Source: Chrysomallon squamiferum (Eukaryota; Animalia; Mollusca). Taken from it: 64,000 nt of DNA. The notes under the pieces were generated by a model. It was given only the letters and a program-made list of their open reading frames with translations. It was not told the origin of the DNA and ran no database searches. Position numbers and translations under genes: made by a program. Below are positions 1-13,404 of the stretch, piece by piece; position 1 is the stretch's first letter, and the number at the start of each line of letters is the position of its first letter. The stretch spans positions 6,138,001 to 6,202,000 of the forward strand of contig CM022674.1 in NCBI GenBank assembly GCA_012295275.1. The letters run 5' to 3'.

Positions 1-95
1 TTGTTTGATACGTGTAGCGGGGTTTGAAAGTGCCGAGTGCAAAAATAGATAAAACTTACTTGAGTGTAACTGAGCGCGGTGTCTAGGTAATCACT

Positions 96-102
<7 letters not shown>

Positions 103-171
<69 letters not shown>

Positions 172-647
172 AGAGAGAGAGAAAGAGAGAATGAGCGAGC
201 TAGAGAGATACAGAGGGAAAGAAAGATAGATAGATAGAGAGGGAAAGATAGATACCTAGATAGAGAGAGAGAGAGCGAGAGAGAGATTCAGCGAGAAAAA
301 GATAGAGAGAGAGAAAGAGAAAGAGAGAAAGAAAGAAGGAGAGAGACAGAGAAAGAGAGAGAAAGAGAGAATGAGCGAGAGAATGAGCGAGAGAGAGATA
401 TACAGAGGGAAAGAAAGATAGATAGATAGAGAGGGAAAGATAGATACCTAGATAGAGAGAGAGAGAGAGCGAGAGAGAGATTCAGCGAGAAAAAGATAGA
501 GAGAGAGAAAGAGAAAGAGAGAGAGAAAGATTGAATGAGTGAGAGAAATATACAGAGGGAAAGAAAGATAGATAGATAGAGAGGGAAAGATATATACATA
601 GATAGAGAGAGCGAGAGTGAGATTCAGAGAGAAAAAGATAGAGAGAA

Positions 648-692
<45 letters not shown>
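103..692. repeat. (AG)n microsatellite with an internal degenerate purine-rich tandem duplication
   Basis: Pure (GA)n runs at both ends, separated by repeated blocks such as 'gagggaaagatagatacctagatagag'; source of the spurious Ser/Leu ORF 288..599. Confidence 0.95.
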
Positions 693-694
<2 letters not shown>

Positions 695-898
695 TTAGTA
701 TTTGTTAATGAATTTTCAATTCCTTTTCAGTACTGACACGTTATTTAGCATAATCACCTGGAATGTAAAAAATATGATGTTTTGCCTTTTGTATCTAAAA
801 CAAATATAAATATTTCACATATAAACACATAAATATGTACGCAAACACTCTCTCTCTCTCTCACACACACAGGCACATTCACTGACGTTCACACACAT

Positions 899-946
<48 letters not shown>

Positions 947-1399
947 GTACAGTTTTTAGTTCAAAGAATCAGCTGCACTGTAATTTTTACACAACACACA
1001 AACACCCATACATATATACACACACACACATACGCTATATGTTTTTATATACAAATATGTATTTGTATATATAATATGTATGTATTTCAGTGTATCAGCT
1101 TTTCTTCTTTTCAGGGTTTTCATGTGACATTCTGACTACAGATGAGTGAATCCATGAAATACTCTCTCTCTCACACACACACACTCACGTGCACGCATAC
1201 ATACACACAACCACACATATATACGTATATTAAATGCTACAGTTTATATTTTAGAGAATTAGCTGCATTGGTATATATATATATACACACACACAAACAC
1301 ACACACACATACATAGATACAATAAACACATGCTATATCGTTTCTTCATATAAGTCTGTATGTGTAGATATGATATGTATGTGTATCAGTGTATCAGAT

Positions 1400-1525
1400 T
1401 TTCTGTTTTTCATTTTTCTTGTTTTTATGTGACAATCGGACTACAGATGAATGGATCTATGAAAAGAGTGGATCTCTGTAACGTACGTTGATATTTTTGA
1501 TGGTGAACTATACGTGATGAGGACC
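1400..1525 (-). pseudogene. Remnant of the double-CBM2 gene: 3' end of exon 4 plus start of intron 4
   Basis: 'gagtggatctctgtaacgtacgttgatatttttgat' is the reverse complement of the exon-4 donor junction 'ATCAAAAATATCAAC|gtacgttacagagatccactc' found in the other copies; the rest of the exon is missing. Confidence 0.7.
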
Positions 1526-1859
1526 TGTTTTCCTGATTGCTTCACTATACATTCTACATCTGAGAAAAGGAGGACGTTATTATTTCATATATACTTGTTT
1601 AACGGAAAGGTTCGAAGAGATAGCTAGCCGAGAAAAAGCCAGCAATGAAGCAAATTCAGGAGATAATGGAAAATCTATGGCTTTGCTGAATCGGCGTTTT
1701 TAATTCTAATAAGGCTGGTGATAAGTACGTTTGTTGTCTAATATCAATTGCAATGAGCAGATATCGTGAAGGACTGTAACAAAGATAGATAAACTAATCT
1801 TTGTTTATCGTAAAACCCAGTTATCTGCGAAGCTGTGTTTCATTAGCTACATTTCTTTT

Positions 1860-3230
1860 GGTATCAGGACAATTGCCCCCCCCCCGGACAACAATTGCCC
1901 CCATTTTTCTTCCAATATACCATTCAGAATTATTTTCAAGCAACATACCATTAAATTAGTCAAAGATTTACATTAAACTTGATTAAAGGCATTTGGATTA
2001 TTGTGATTTGCTAAAAGATCTTGTACAACATCACCTAACGTTATAGGCAACTAGAGTCAGCTAATTACTAATTCAGGCTGACTGAATTCTAAAGATTCCT
2101 TTGATTTGGCAAGTGATCTATAATTGAGATGAATTAAACACTACATAAGGTCATGTCTTGTTGCAAAAATATTATATTCTATAATATGGAGTTCACTGAG
2201 TCAGAGTGTGGTTATCCAAAACTTGCCGACAGAAGGAACTCAGTGGTGCAGTGATTTCTTACGAGTGTGAAGGAAGAAGTTAAACTGTGCTGTTACTGGA
2301 TGCTTCTTTCATTTGCGCCAACGCGTCAGGCGCCAAATTCAACTCTTCAGTCTGGCAGTTCGTTACAATACTGATGAAGAGTTTGCTTTACTGATCCGTC
2401 AGATAGCTGCATTTGCATTCATTCCAGTGGATGAAATAACAGCACCTTCTGAAGCACTGTCAGAAGCTGATGATGATGATGACTCTATGTTACCAATACT
2501 AGAGTACGTTGAGGACAACTTCATTTGTCGCCAGTATGGTACATCTGGTTTCACACGTGGTCCACGTTCAATGGAACAGGCACCAGACAGTGGTAGAGAA
2601 TTTGCTGCGAACTAACCAGTTCGTGGAAGGATGGCACAATTACTTCCCGTCACCGTCAAACATTGGCGCCTACCATCTGGATTTCTGGTAGTTTATAGAC
2701 ATTTTAAAATGTGAACAAGCACTGAATGAACTGGAGGTAAACCAGATGATTGGCCAGGAAGCACCTCAACCACTGCGTCGAAAAATACCAAGAAGCTTCA
2801 CGACGTTTGCTGAGACTGGTCAGACGGCGTGAAAACCGACACGACGTCCTGGACTAATTGCGTGGAACAGCACACAACATCAAAGTGTGAAAACTAAAAA
2901 AGTTTCAATGAACTCGTCAAAAGATTAAAAAAGTAACCTGGTTATAATTTGAACCTAAAAGATGAATGAACTGTTGCAAATTTACAAAGCTTTACTAGAG
3001 AACTATAGACAGACTACATTCTGAATTTTAATTTTTTTATATGTGGTCTATTATTTTTTGATGTAATCAAAAAAATTATTATACATCCAAAATATGTTAT
3101 TATGCTTGAAAATCATTATTGGAAGAAAACACGGGGAAGTTGTCTAGGGGTAGTATCAGCAAATCGTCGGGGCGTAGTTGTCAAAAGTGGGGGGCAGTAA
3201 CCGGGGGGTGGTGGTAATTGTCCTAGAATC
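1860..3230 (+). mobile_element. Decayed MULE/Mutator-superfamily DNA transposon
   Basis: 9-bp direct repeat ATTTCTTTT at 1851-1859 and 3231-3239 (TSD). Imperfect terminal inverted repeats (GGTATCAGGACAATTGCC vs reverse-complemented right end GATTCTAGGACAATTACC) with subterminal GGACAA-type repeats. Internal frameshifted transposase remnants at ~2290-2890: GCFFHLRQ...AFAFIP..., WN...RTNQFVEGWHN, FW.FIDILK.EQ, motifs typical of MULE transposases. Confidence 0.85.
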
Positions 3231-4303
3231 ATTTCTTTTGTGCATTCTAACAATAGATATTTTATTAAAGTACTAATTCTTATATGCAATCTTGAGATAG
3301 AGAAAAGATAAAATGACGACAAATATTAAAAAAAGAATATGTATTAACAATTATAATAAATAAATAAATAAATAGATTCTGATATATGCAAATAATTAGT
3401 AGTAGCAGTAGTAATAACAGTAGTAGTAGATGCAATAGTAGTAGATGCAGTAGTAGCAGCAGTAGTAATGTCTCCGTGCTCTGTTGAATTATAGAAGATA
3501 AATAACATTTATATATATTTAAATTATGTGAAGTGTTAAAGATGTAACAGAATAATCCTTTCACCAAATCATTAACTTATTATTATCACTCCAAATGTAC
3601 TGTTATTTTCAGTTGTAGTAGCATTTATAGTAGTAGTAGTAGTAATAGAAGTAGCAGCAGTGGTAATAGCAAAATAAAATAAAATAAAACTATCAGCATA
3701 ATCAAAAGTGAAAGCGATACTGCTGGTGGAAAGTATAAACGTATCACAGTAGAGGTTAAGAAAGAAATAATTTTAAAAACGAGGGTGGCGTTCGTGTGTC
3801 TAACATCGGTTCGGTTTACGAAGGTTCCACTGTATATTAATACAACACATGATCTATAGATATAAACAACTCAGACTGCACTCTTGTTGATGTGTTATTT
3901 ATCTGATCGTTTTTACTGTCATGATTTAAAATTTACCAATCCCTGTCACAGTGTTCTAAACCCCTAGACGTGATAATTAGACACTGTACAACAATAAAAC
4001 CTTCAGTTCAGCTATAACCTATAAACAAGTATATACACACACACACGGAGACGCACAAAGAGGCACGTATACAGAAACAGGATATTCTCCTGTTCCTGTC
4101 TGCATATTTCATGGGACCACGTTGCATACAGTGATCATCTGAACATTTTAATTATCCGTCGTTTACATGAAAGTTTAGCCTTGTCTTTGTACTTATCAGT
4201 ACTAAAATAATATTCACAGACATCTGTTTCATGCTGTCATCTGTCCGGGTTTACACGCACCTCTCTGTCTGTATGTGTATATATATATATGTACACATAT
4301 ACA

Positions 4304-4343
<40 letters not shown>

Positions 4344-4362
4344 AAAATATACGCACGCAGGA

Positions 4363-5388
4363 ATGTACGAACGAACATCACACACTCGCGCGCTCTTAGG
4401 TAAGTAAATTGATTAAAAAATGTTTTTTTTTATGGACAGAATAACAGATGCTGGTATGAATGTATGTTTCCATTACGGGCAGGACGTTTGGGGTAGCTAT
4501 ACAGACAGACAGATGTATGCATGGATACTTTCCTGACTCGATTAGTTGAAAAACTGAATAGATGTAATAAGTGGACAGATGGATGGAAATAATTTTATCT
4601 TTTATTAAATAGATATAAACTGAACATTATTATTTCTATTATTAATCCAGCTACCACTTATTTCTCATATTATTAATAATTCTAATATTTATTAAATAGA
4701 TATAAAAATAATTACAGCTAGTACTTGGTTTACTATTGCTACTAGTTTACTAACTACAACAACTACTACTATTATTACTCTGAAAATATACTACTACTAC
4801 TACGTTACTAATATACTACTACTACTGTTTAATAATAATAAAAAAAAATAAAGTATTTTTTGTTGTTGCGGCTGCTATTATTACTATTATTAAAACTGCT
4901 GATGTTGCATTCTTACTATTTACTATTCCTAAAACTGCTGTTGCTACTGGACAGAACTTCTACTGTTACTATTACTAGTAATAACGACAATAAACTAATC
5001 CGTTGATGGACGTTTTGTTATTGGTTTTTGCCTCTATTTTTAATTTCATTCGTTCTTTATTTTATTTTATTTAAATTCAAATTTATTTTATTTTACTTTC
5101 AGAAACAAAAATACTACTATTGTTACTACTACTGTATTTCAAGATCAGTTAGTCTACTACTTCACATCCACGTGGACTGGTGGGTTTGTGTGTCACCTGT
5201 GCATGATACCAAACACGGATATCTGCGGCAGCTGGGAGGCTGTCATCAAGTTTAGTCCAGATATCAAAAATATCAATGTACGTTACAGAGATCCACTCTT
5301 TTCTTCATCTGCAGTCAGAATGTTATCTATATCTATCTATATATGTTACAAAAGTCAATCAACTAAAAAGCAGAATACCTGATATACT

Positions 5389-5425
<37 letters not shown>

Positions 5426-5905
5426 ACACTTACACACACACACAGACACACACACACACACTTACACACACACACAGACACACACACACATATATCTATG
5501 TCCGTCCGTCTGTCTGACTGTGTCTGATTCTACGTATTTAGGATTGCGTGTTCATATATGAAATATTCATATTTGTTTTATGTACACACGGCAAACCCTC
5601 AGTTTTTTTTATATCTCAAATCATTATGGTAAATAACCTAGGAGTGTTGAAAAGGAACTGAAACATTCATTAACAAGTACTAATATTTATTTATTTACTC
5701 GTCTTTTCAGGACTTCAGCGGTGGCGTTATCAAGAAGTTTCAGCACGACAACGTCACCGTTACCAACACCGAAAATGACGGTGACATCGACGCCTGAAAT
5801 GAGAAATGTTTTGTGTTTGTTGGTGAAACGTTTGAACAGGTCCCGTTCACTGAGGACATGTTGTCTATAACGTCCGCCTTCACTTCAGCAGGTACTTGTC
5901 ACTAG
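4363..5905 (+). pseudogene. Double-CBM2 gene copy A (pseudogene: exons 2-3 absent, premature stop in exon 5)
   Basis: Exon-1-like 4363-4399; exon 4 at 5144-5277 (QLVYYFTSTWTGGFVCHLCMIPNTDICGSWEAVIKFSPDIKNIN); exon 5 at 5711-5905 with in-frame TGA at 5795-5797 where intact copies have AGA/AAA. Confidence 0.85.
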
Positions 5906-6052
5906 ATGTTTACAATACTATGACTAGATGTTTACAATACTATGACTAGATGACTACAATACTATGACTAGATGTTTACAACACTATGACTAGATGTTTA
6001 CAACACTGACTAGATGTTTACAATACTATGACTAGATGTTTACAATACTATG
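5901..6052 (+). repeat. 22-bp tandem repeat (ACTAGATGTTTACAATACTATG) x7
   Basis: Seven head-to-tail units (one 20 bp) starting over the exon-5 stop codon of copy A; single-copy in other paralogs. Confidence 0.9.
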
Positions 6053-7488
6053 ACACGGACTGGTAAACTTTAAATTGTGACAGTAAAATATATCTACTAG
6101 ATAAATAACATCAGCTTGAGTTATTTATTTATATAGAGAATATATTTTGTTATAATATGAAAGAAAATAAGCATAAATAAATTATTTACGGTGTTGAAGA
6201 AACCTGAGTTAAAATACGGAGAGTTGTTCATTATTATCATCTCAAATCATCATCATTATTATTAGAAAATATATATCATCAACAGTACCATTAGTCTCAT
6301 TGTTATTTTTTTATTATCATTACTATATTGTCAGCATCATTATTAGCAGATTTCATCAACACATTATTTTATTATTATCAATGCAATTATATTATTAGTA
6401 GTAATAGCAGTAGTAGTAGTAATGGTAGTAGAAATAGCAGTAGTCACAATAGAGGTGGATGTAGCAATCATCGTCATAGTACTCACAGTAGTAGTAGTAG
6501 CAGTGGTAGCAGCAGCAACAACAGCAGTCGGAACTTTAGTAGTAGGATTATCCGAACCAGAGGCAGTAATAGTAATAGTAGTAGAAGCATCAGTAGTAGC
6601 AGTAATAGTAACAGTAGTAGTAGATGCAGCAGTAGTAGTAGATGCAGCAGCAGTAGTAACATTAATAGTAGTAGTCGTATCGAATACTTCCGTGCTGTGT
6701 TGGAAATGGTATTCATATATATTTAAATTATTTGAAGTGTTAAAGTTGTAACAGATTAGTTCTTTCACCAAATCATTATTTTATTATTATTACTGCAATA
6801 GTACTGTTATTTTTAGTTGTAGTAATAGCAGTAGCAGAAGTGGAAATAGCAAAACAAAATAAAATAAAATAAAACTATCAGCATAATGAAAAGTGAAAGC
6901 GATAAAGCTGGTGGAAAGTATAATCGTATTACAGTAGAGGTTAAGAAAGGAATAACTGAAAAACATGAGAGTGTTGTTCGTGTGTCACATCGCTTCGGTT
7001 TCAAAAGGTTCCACTGTATATTATTAAACATATAATCTATATATATAAACAACTCAAACTGCACTGTTGGCGATGTGTTATTTATCTGGTGGATTCAATT
7101 TACCAATCTCTATCATAGTGTTCTAAACCCCTAGACGTGATAAGGAGCACCTTAAACACTTTGCTCAGTGATACAAGGACAACAATAAAACCTTCAGTTC
7201 ATCCATAAGATATAAACAAGTATATACACACAGAGACAGACGCACAGTAAAGCACGTACGCAGGAACACACAGGAATAGTTGTAGATCGATGGGTTTTAT
7301 ATGCATATTTTATGGGACAACGTTGCATACTCTGATGTTATGACCATTTTAATTACCGGTCTTTTGCATAAAGCGTTAGCATTATCTTTGTACATATATC
7401 ATTACTTAATGTGAGAATTTGTGAAATAGCCCATAAATAACACTTACAAACATTTGTTTCATTCTGTGCTCTGGCCACGTTTACATAT

Positions 7489-7538
<50 letters not shown>

Positions 7539-7570
7539 GTATTTACATTCAAAATCATATGCAAGCAGAC

Positions 7571-8178
7571 ATGTACAAACACACAGTCAAACGTGCGTTC
7601 GCTCTTAGGTAAGTAAATGAATTAAATAATGCTTTTTTTATGGACAGAATAACAGATGCTGGTATGAATGTATGTTTGCATCACGGGAAGGTCGTTTGGG
7701 TTAGCTAAACAGACAGACAGATGTATGTGTGGATACTTTCCTAACTCGATCAGCTGAAAAACTGAACAGACGTAATAAGTGGACAGATGGATGGAAATAA
7801 TTTTATCCTTTATTAAATAGATACAAAATGAAATTATTATTTCTACTATTAACCAAACTGCTAATTCGTTTGCATTTTATTAATAATTATATTCTTTTTT
7901 AAACAAATAATATTACTGCTACTATTACTTCTACTTTTTCTACTACCACTACTAATACTACTAATACTAATATTACTACTTTTACCAATGCAGCTGATAC
8001 TGCTGATGATACTTCTATTGGTACTCTTACCACTACTGCTACTCTGCTACTACTATTGCTACTATTACAACTAGTAACATTAATATTATCGTATTACTAC
8101 TACTACTAATAGAAACCTTAAATCTCCTGATATTGCTACCATTTCTAGTACGCCTGCTGTCACTACTACTACTACCAT

Positions 8179-8216
<38 letters not shown>

Positions 8217-8542
8217 GCACTATTGGCACTACTACTACTACTACTACTACTAGCACTATTGGTACTACTACTACTACTACTCTACTACTACTACTAGCAC
8301 TATTGGTAGTACTACTACTGCTGCTATTACTACTATTAAAACTGCTGATATTGTTACTATTACTACCACTATTGCAATTACTTAAATCAAATAATTACTA
8401 CTACTACTACTACTACTACCACTATTGGTAGTATTACTACTGCTGCTGCTGCTACCATTAAAACTATTAAAACTTCTGATGTTGTTACTATTACTACCAC
8501 TATTGCAATTACTGCTGCTACTATTAAGAACAAATGTAATCT

Positions 8543-8594
<52 letters not shown>

Positions 8595-9219
8595 GCTATA
8601 CTTCTACTTCTACTAGTACTACTACAATTACCACTAATAGTCTTTTACACATGTTCTCTCTACTAATTTTATTCTTTATCAAATATATTTAAAAATCAAA
8701 TAATTACTACTACGACAAGCTGAACTACTACTACTACTACTATTACTACTACCACTATCATTACTACTGCTACTACTTCTTTTACAGATTACTAATAATT
8801 CTATCCTTTACTAAATAGATTACATGGTTAAACTGTTATTATTATTACTATTACTACTACTACTACTACTACTGCTGCAACAACCACTACTATTGCTGCT
8901 TCTGCTACTACTACTTCTTCTCCTCCTTCTGTTACAGGTTAATAACATATGCAGTGTTTCTGCTGTTGGCGCTGAAGACGTCAGCGTCCGTGCTGAAGAT
9001 TAACAGCTTATGGCTGAGCTACGTGGCTGACATTTGTATAACTAGTAAAGTGAACACAACGTGCGGCTGGACGGCTGAGCTGCTGGTTAAACCCAGAGTA
9101 GTCAGACTGCAGGTTATCACAGAGTTGTCTGCGCCTTTCTATTCTTGCGTTTCCTGGATTCTCGCTCTATACTAGACACAACTGACCTCTCTCTCTCTGT
9201 CTCTGTCTGTCTCTCTCTG

Positions 9220-9307
<88 letters not shown>

Positions 9308-10637
9308 AGTGTGTGTTTCTGTCTGTCTGTCTGTGTATCTACCTCTCTATTTATCAAAAAGTGGGTAATACCGTTACTGAAGCACCAATACCGGTTTTCT
9401 AAATTTTAACGAGTTATGTTGAGAGATGTGTTAGTTGTTAACATAAGAAAATGTTAGTTACTCGGTTGTTGCTAGCGTGCCTTCAGATGCGAGTTCGATG
9501 CTCGTCTGTTCAATGTTCCACGTTTACCTGTTTGATTGCTGACATGTGTGCCATCCTAAGCGACATTTTGGCGACTAGTGATAAGTATTGTCGGTAATTT
9601 GCAAAACCCTACTTACGAACAACATTAACCAGAATAGTCCATTTGCGTCGTAAACTCAAAACAAATCTTTGATTTATTTATTTATTTATTTTATTTTATG
9701 CTTATTCAGATATGGGATGTAGATTTTAAACTGACAAAGGAACTGAATTCTGCCTCGCAGTTTATCTTGGTAAGCAGACTAAAAACCGCGGTCCTGCACG
9801 CGGGAAAAGAACTGTGTCTCCGATTTAAGGCGTCGGTGTACAACCATAAAGAGCTTCGTCGTGATGAGATCAGAGTGAGGGCACGTTTCCTAAAAATATG
9901 CGACTCTACAGTTATCAGCAATACTACCCGTTAGTCTTTTTGTTACATTCATTTTTATTCTTTTTCTTACTTTGTTTGTTTCTTTCTTCTTTGACAGACT
10001 CAAATTATTTTATTTTATTTTATTTTATTTTGTTTTGTTTTGTTTTGTGTTACTGCATTACTTACCACTTACTTACTGATGTATAGTTTTAGGTCAGTCA
10101 GCCTATAACTTCACATCCACGTGGATTGGTGGGTTTGAGTGTCACGTGTGCCTGACACCCAGCACGGATATCTGCGGCGGCTGGGAGGCTGTCATCAAGT
10201 TTAGTCCAGCCCTCAAAAGAATCGACGTACGTTACAGAGATCCACTTTTTTTCACGGATCCACTCTTTTTACAGATTCATTAATCTCCAGTCAGAATTTC
10301 CAAAAAAAAAAAACAAAAAAAAAACACTCCAAAAAACCCCTCAAAAACACCAACAAAAACCCAACAACCCCCCCCCAAAAAAAAACACACACCCGCAACA
10401 GACAGACAAGAAAACAGACAAACAACAACAACAACAAAACAACACAACAACAATCAACTAAAAAGCAGAAAAGCTGATATACTGACAAAGAAGCATATCT
10501 TATCTACACATATACCCTTACAAATAGAAAGATTATTATAGTACGTATGTATGTGTATGTAAATATATACAAGTACACACACACACACACAAACACTCAG
10601 ACACACATATACCTACATATCGCTACCCATTTATCAG

Positions 10638-10683
<46 letters not shown>

Positions 10684-11317
10684 CATCCATCCATCCATCC
10701 ATCCATCTAATCTGTATATCTGTCTACACACACCACACACACACCACACACACACACGTATGCCTGTATATGTATATGGATATGTATATTGTATGATATA
10801 ATTACATTCTTCGCAACTTACCTTTCTACGTATTTACGATTGCGAAAAAAATTAAATTAGCTAAATAAATAAAAATTAAACGACAGTACATCTGCTTGCA
10901 TGAAATATAAACTGCAGCGTTTGATATGTTGGTGTATATATGCGTTCGGGTGAGTGTGATTGTAAGTGTGTGTGTGTGTGTGTGTGTGTGTGTCTGTGTG
11001 TGCGTGCGTTCATTTTTATGTTGTTGTTTTTTTTGTCATTATCATAAACATGTGAGCGTTGACAATGAGCTGAAACATTCAATTACAATTATTAATATTC
11101 ATTTATTTACTCGTTTTTTCAGAGTCTTTGGGGTGGCTGTATGAAGAACTTTCAGAACAGCAGCGTCACCGTTACAAACACCGAAAACGACGGTAACATC
11201 GAGGCCAAACATAAGAAATGTGTTGGGTTTCTTGGTGTTACTCGTGAGCAGGTCCAGTTCACTGAGGACACGTTGTCCATTACTGCCGGCTTCACTTCAG
11301 CAGGTACTTGTCACTAG
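7571..11317 (+). CDS. Secreted non-catalytic protein with two tandem CBM2-like domains, copy B (253 aa, intact)
   Basis: Exons 7571-7608, 8938-9112, 9710-9929, 10093-10226, 11123-11317; all GT-AG, intron phases 2,0,1,0, total 762 nt with no internal stop. MYKHTVKRAFALRLITYAVFLLLALKTSAS (signal-like); domain 1 ...LWLSYVADICIT...CGWTAELLVKP..RLQIWDVD...LHAGKELCLRF...KICD; domain 2 ...STWIGGFECHVCL...ICGGWEAVIKF...SLWGG...SVTVTNTENDGNIEAKHKKCVGFLG...TCH*. Fits the CBM2 pattern W-x-x-G-F/Y...GW...F...W...VTVxN...G.I.A...GF.G. Confidence 0.85.
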
Positions 11318-13404
11318 ATGTTTACAACACTGTGACACTCATCGGTAAACTTTAAATTGTGACAGTAAAATATACCCACTAGATAAATAAGACATCAACA
11401 AGAGTGCAGTTTGAGTTATTTGTTGATATACAGAATATATTTTGTTATAATGTAAACAAAAAAAAAAAAAAAAAAAAAATAGAACACAACTCAGTTAATT
11501 AGATTTCTGTGGAAACCTGAGTTAAAATACGGAGTCAGTTGAATCCTAGTTAAAGACGGAATCGCTTGCGGGAGACTCAAGTAATTACGTTAACATCAGT
11601 TTAAATTATGTATTTATATCAAACAAGTGTACCGTTAATGACACATATTACACTGGCTATTGAAGTTACTAAAGGCTAAAAAGTTTCAACTTCTCTCACT
11701 TCACCTGCGTCTTCATCAATCGCAACCATCGTGTTGTGCAACTGTCCTCTTGTCGCTTCTTCTTCTTCTAAATCCAGAACCTTGAACCTCGACTCAAACC
11801 TGATGCCAGTAAATACAAGATTCCTGCCGACGTCGGTAACAACCGCTGAAGCCTCTTGAGTGGACACATTTTAAAGCTGTCAGTATTTTTAGCCCGGTAA
11901 TTAACGTAACTTTACAATTTAAAACCTGCTTTTAAAATTTCGACATGGCGTATTTTCACTTAAAGGTATTGCGTACTGTCAAACAGTACTTTAATTATTT
12001 GCTTATATCGGCACTGAGAGGCATTTTATTTACTTATGATCATTATTAATACATGTTTATTTAACGTTTGTCGTTGATTTATATTTCCTCTATTTGATAA
12101 ACAGGGACTAGATAACGTCAAGATTACATACATGTAAAATATCTGTAGTTAGTACACATAAATAGAAATGTGCCTGATGAAACACAGCTTCGCAGATAAC
12201 CGAGATTTACGTTAAGCAAAGACGAGATTATCTGCCTTCGTCACAACTAACTTACTAACAGTGTCCGCTCGCCGGGCGACATAACAACTTGGAACTGTAA
12301 AGGATTCATTTATGGATACCATTCTTGACCGATTTGAAATAGAGATAATAAATTATTCTAGAATCGTATCATACGGATACACATTTTAAATTCTTTCCTT
12401 TTCAGAAAAACAACAACAACAACAAACATAAAAAAAAAAAAAAAAAAAAAAAATGATAATAGTAAAAAAATAATAATAATGATAAAATAAAATTAAAATA
12501 ACGAAATAAATCAATAATAACTTTTTCCTACCCTTGGATCTGTATGTGTAATCGGGTTACAGAGAAATGTATTATTATAAATTCGTGTACGTGTAAAGAC
12601 ACCAGAGGCGTTCTGCACGTGCAAGTGCATCCTTTACCAAGATCTTGTTGACATTTCAAAATCTGACAGGCCGACGAACAGGTGGGTAAAGAAAAAGATT
12701 GGAATGAAGGAAAGAACACGAATATTTTGTTAACAGCTATGGTACAACAGATGCTATGTTTAGTAATTCAGATACTCGTCGGGTTTCTTCTCTCATTTAA
12801 TAATTGCGTATGAAAAGTACGATTTAGAATTAATAGCAGATATGCTGAAATCTTATTTTATTAGTTACATTATTTATTTTTTGTTTGTATTTTTAACTAA
12901 TTAATTAATTAATTTATTTATTTAGTTAATTGTTTGATTATTTGATTGTTTATTTATTATTATTATGGTTCCATTTCAAAAATCATTTGACAAAATTACT
13001 GGGCACATACAGTTATTCAATATTTTCGTTGTAAATTAACCAACTAACTAACTAACTAACTAACCAACAAACCAACAAAGTAACAAAGTAACAAATAAAT
13101 AAATATTAAACACACCACGGAGATGTTCGATACCACTACTACTATTACTATCGCTGCTACTGCAGCATCTACTACTATTATTACTATTGGTGCTGATTCT
13201 AATCTTACTACTACTGTTGCTGCTGCTGATACCACCACCACCAGTACTACTACTACGACAAAGATGTCTACATCTATGTATATTACTATTACTACTGCTG
13301 CTACTGCTATTACTACAAGAACTAAAAATAACAGTATAACTGCAGTGATACAAATAAAATAATGATTTGATGAAATATGCTAATAATGATGCTGACAATA
13401 TATA

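Noticed and set aside
5795-5797. In-frame TGA as selenocysteine or readthrough
   Set aside because: It aligns with Arg/Lys rather than Cys in paralogs, and the copy lacks exons 2-3; a simple nonsense mutation is more likely.
5901-6052. 22-bp repeat array as a possible CRISPR (also 47931-48090 and 59080-59190)
   Set aside because: Units are head-to-tail with no unique spacers, there are no cas genes, and the DNA is eukaryotic.
6328-6771. Ser/Thr/Val/Leu-rich ORFs (also 13060-13464, 16619-17439, 19684-20166, 21185-22021, 31267-32457, 44186-45530) resembling mucins or membrane proteins
   Set aside because: Translations of degenerate (TAG/CTA)n trinucleotide tracts in introns and intergenic DNA; open in several frames on both strands with no splice-consistent context.
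9929-9934. TAG after CBM exon 3, suggesting single-domain proteins ending in ...TR*
   Set aside because: The TAG lies within a conserved C|gttagt phase-1 donor that joins exon 4 in frame in all intact copies; intron retention giving a one-domain isoform is possible but unsupported.
11676-11867. Short ORFs in the block downstream of the CBM genes (also 24498-24806, 28167-28388, 36049-36363)
   Set aside because: Reading frame and strand are not preserved among paralogous blocks and no motif is recognisable; treated as co-duplicated non-coding or transposon-derived DNA.
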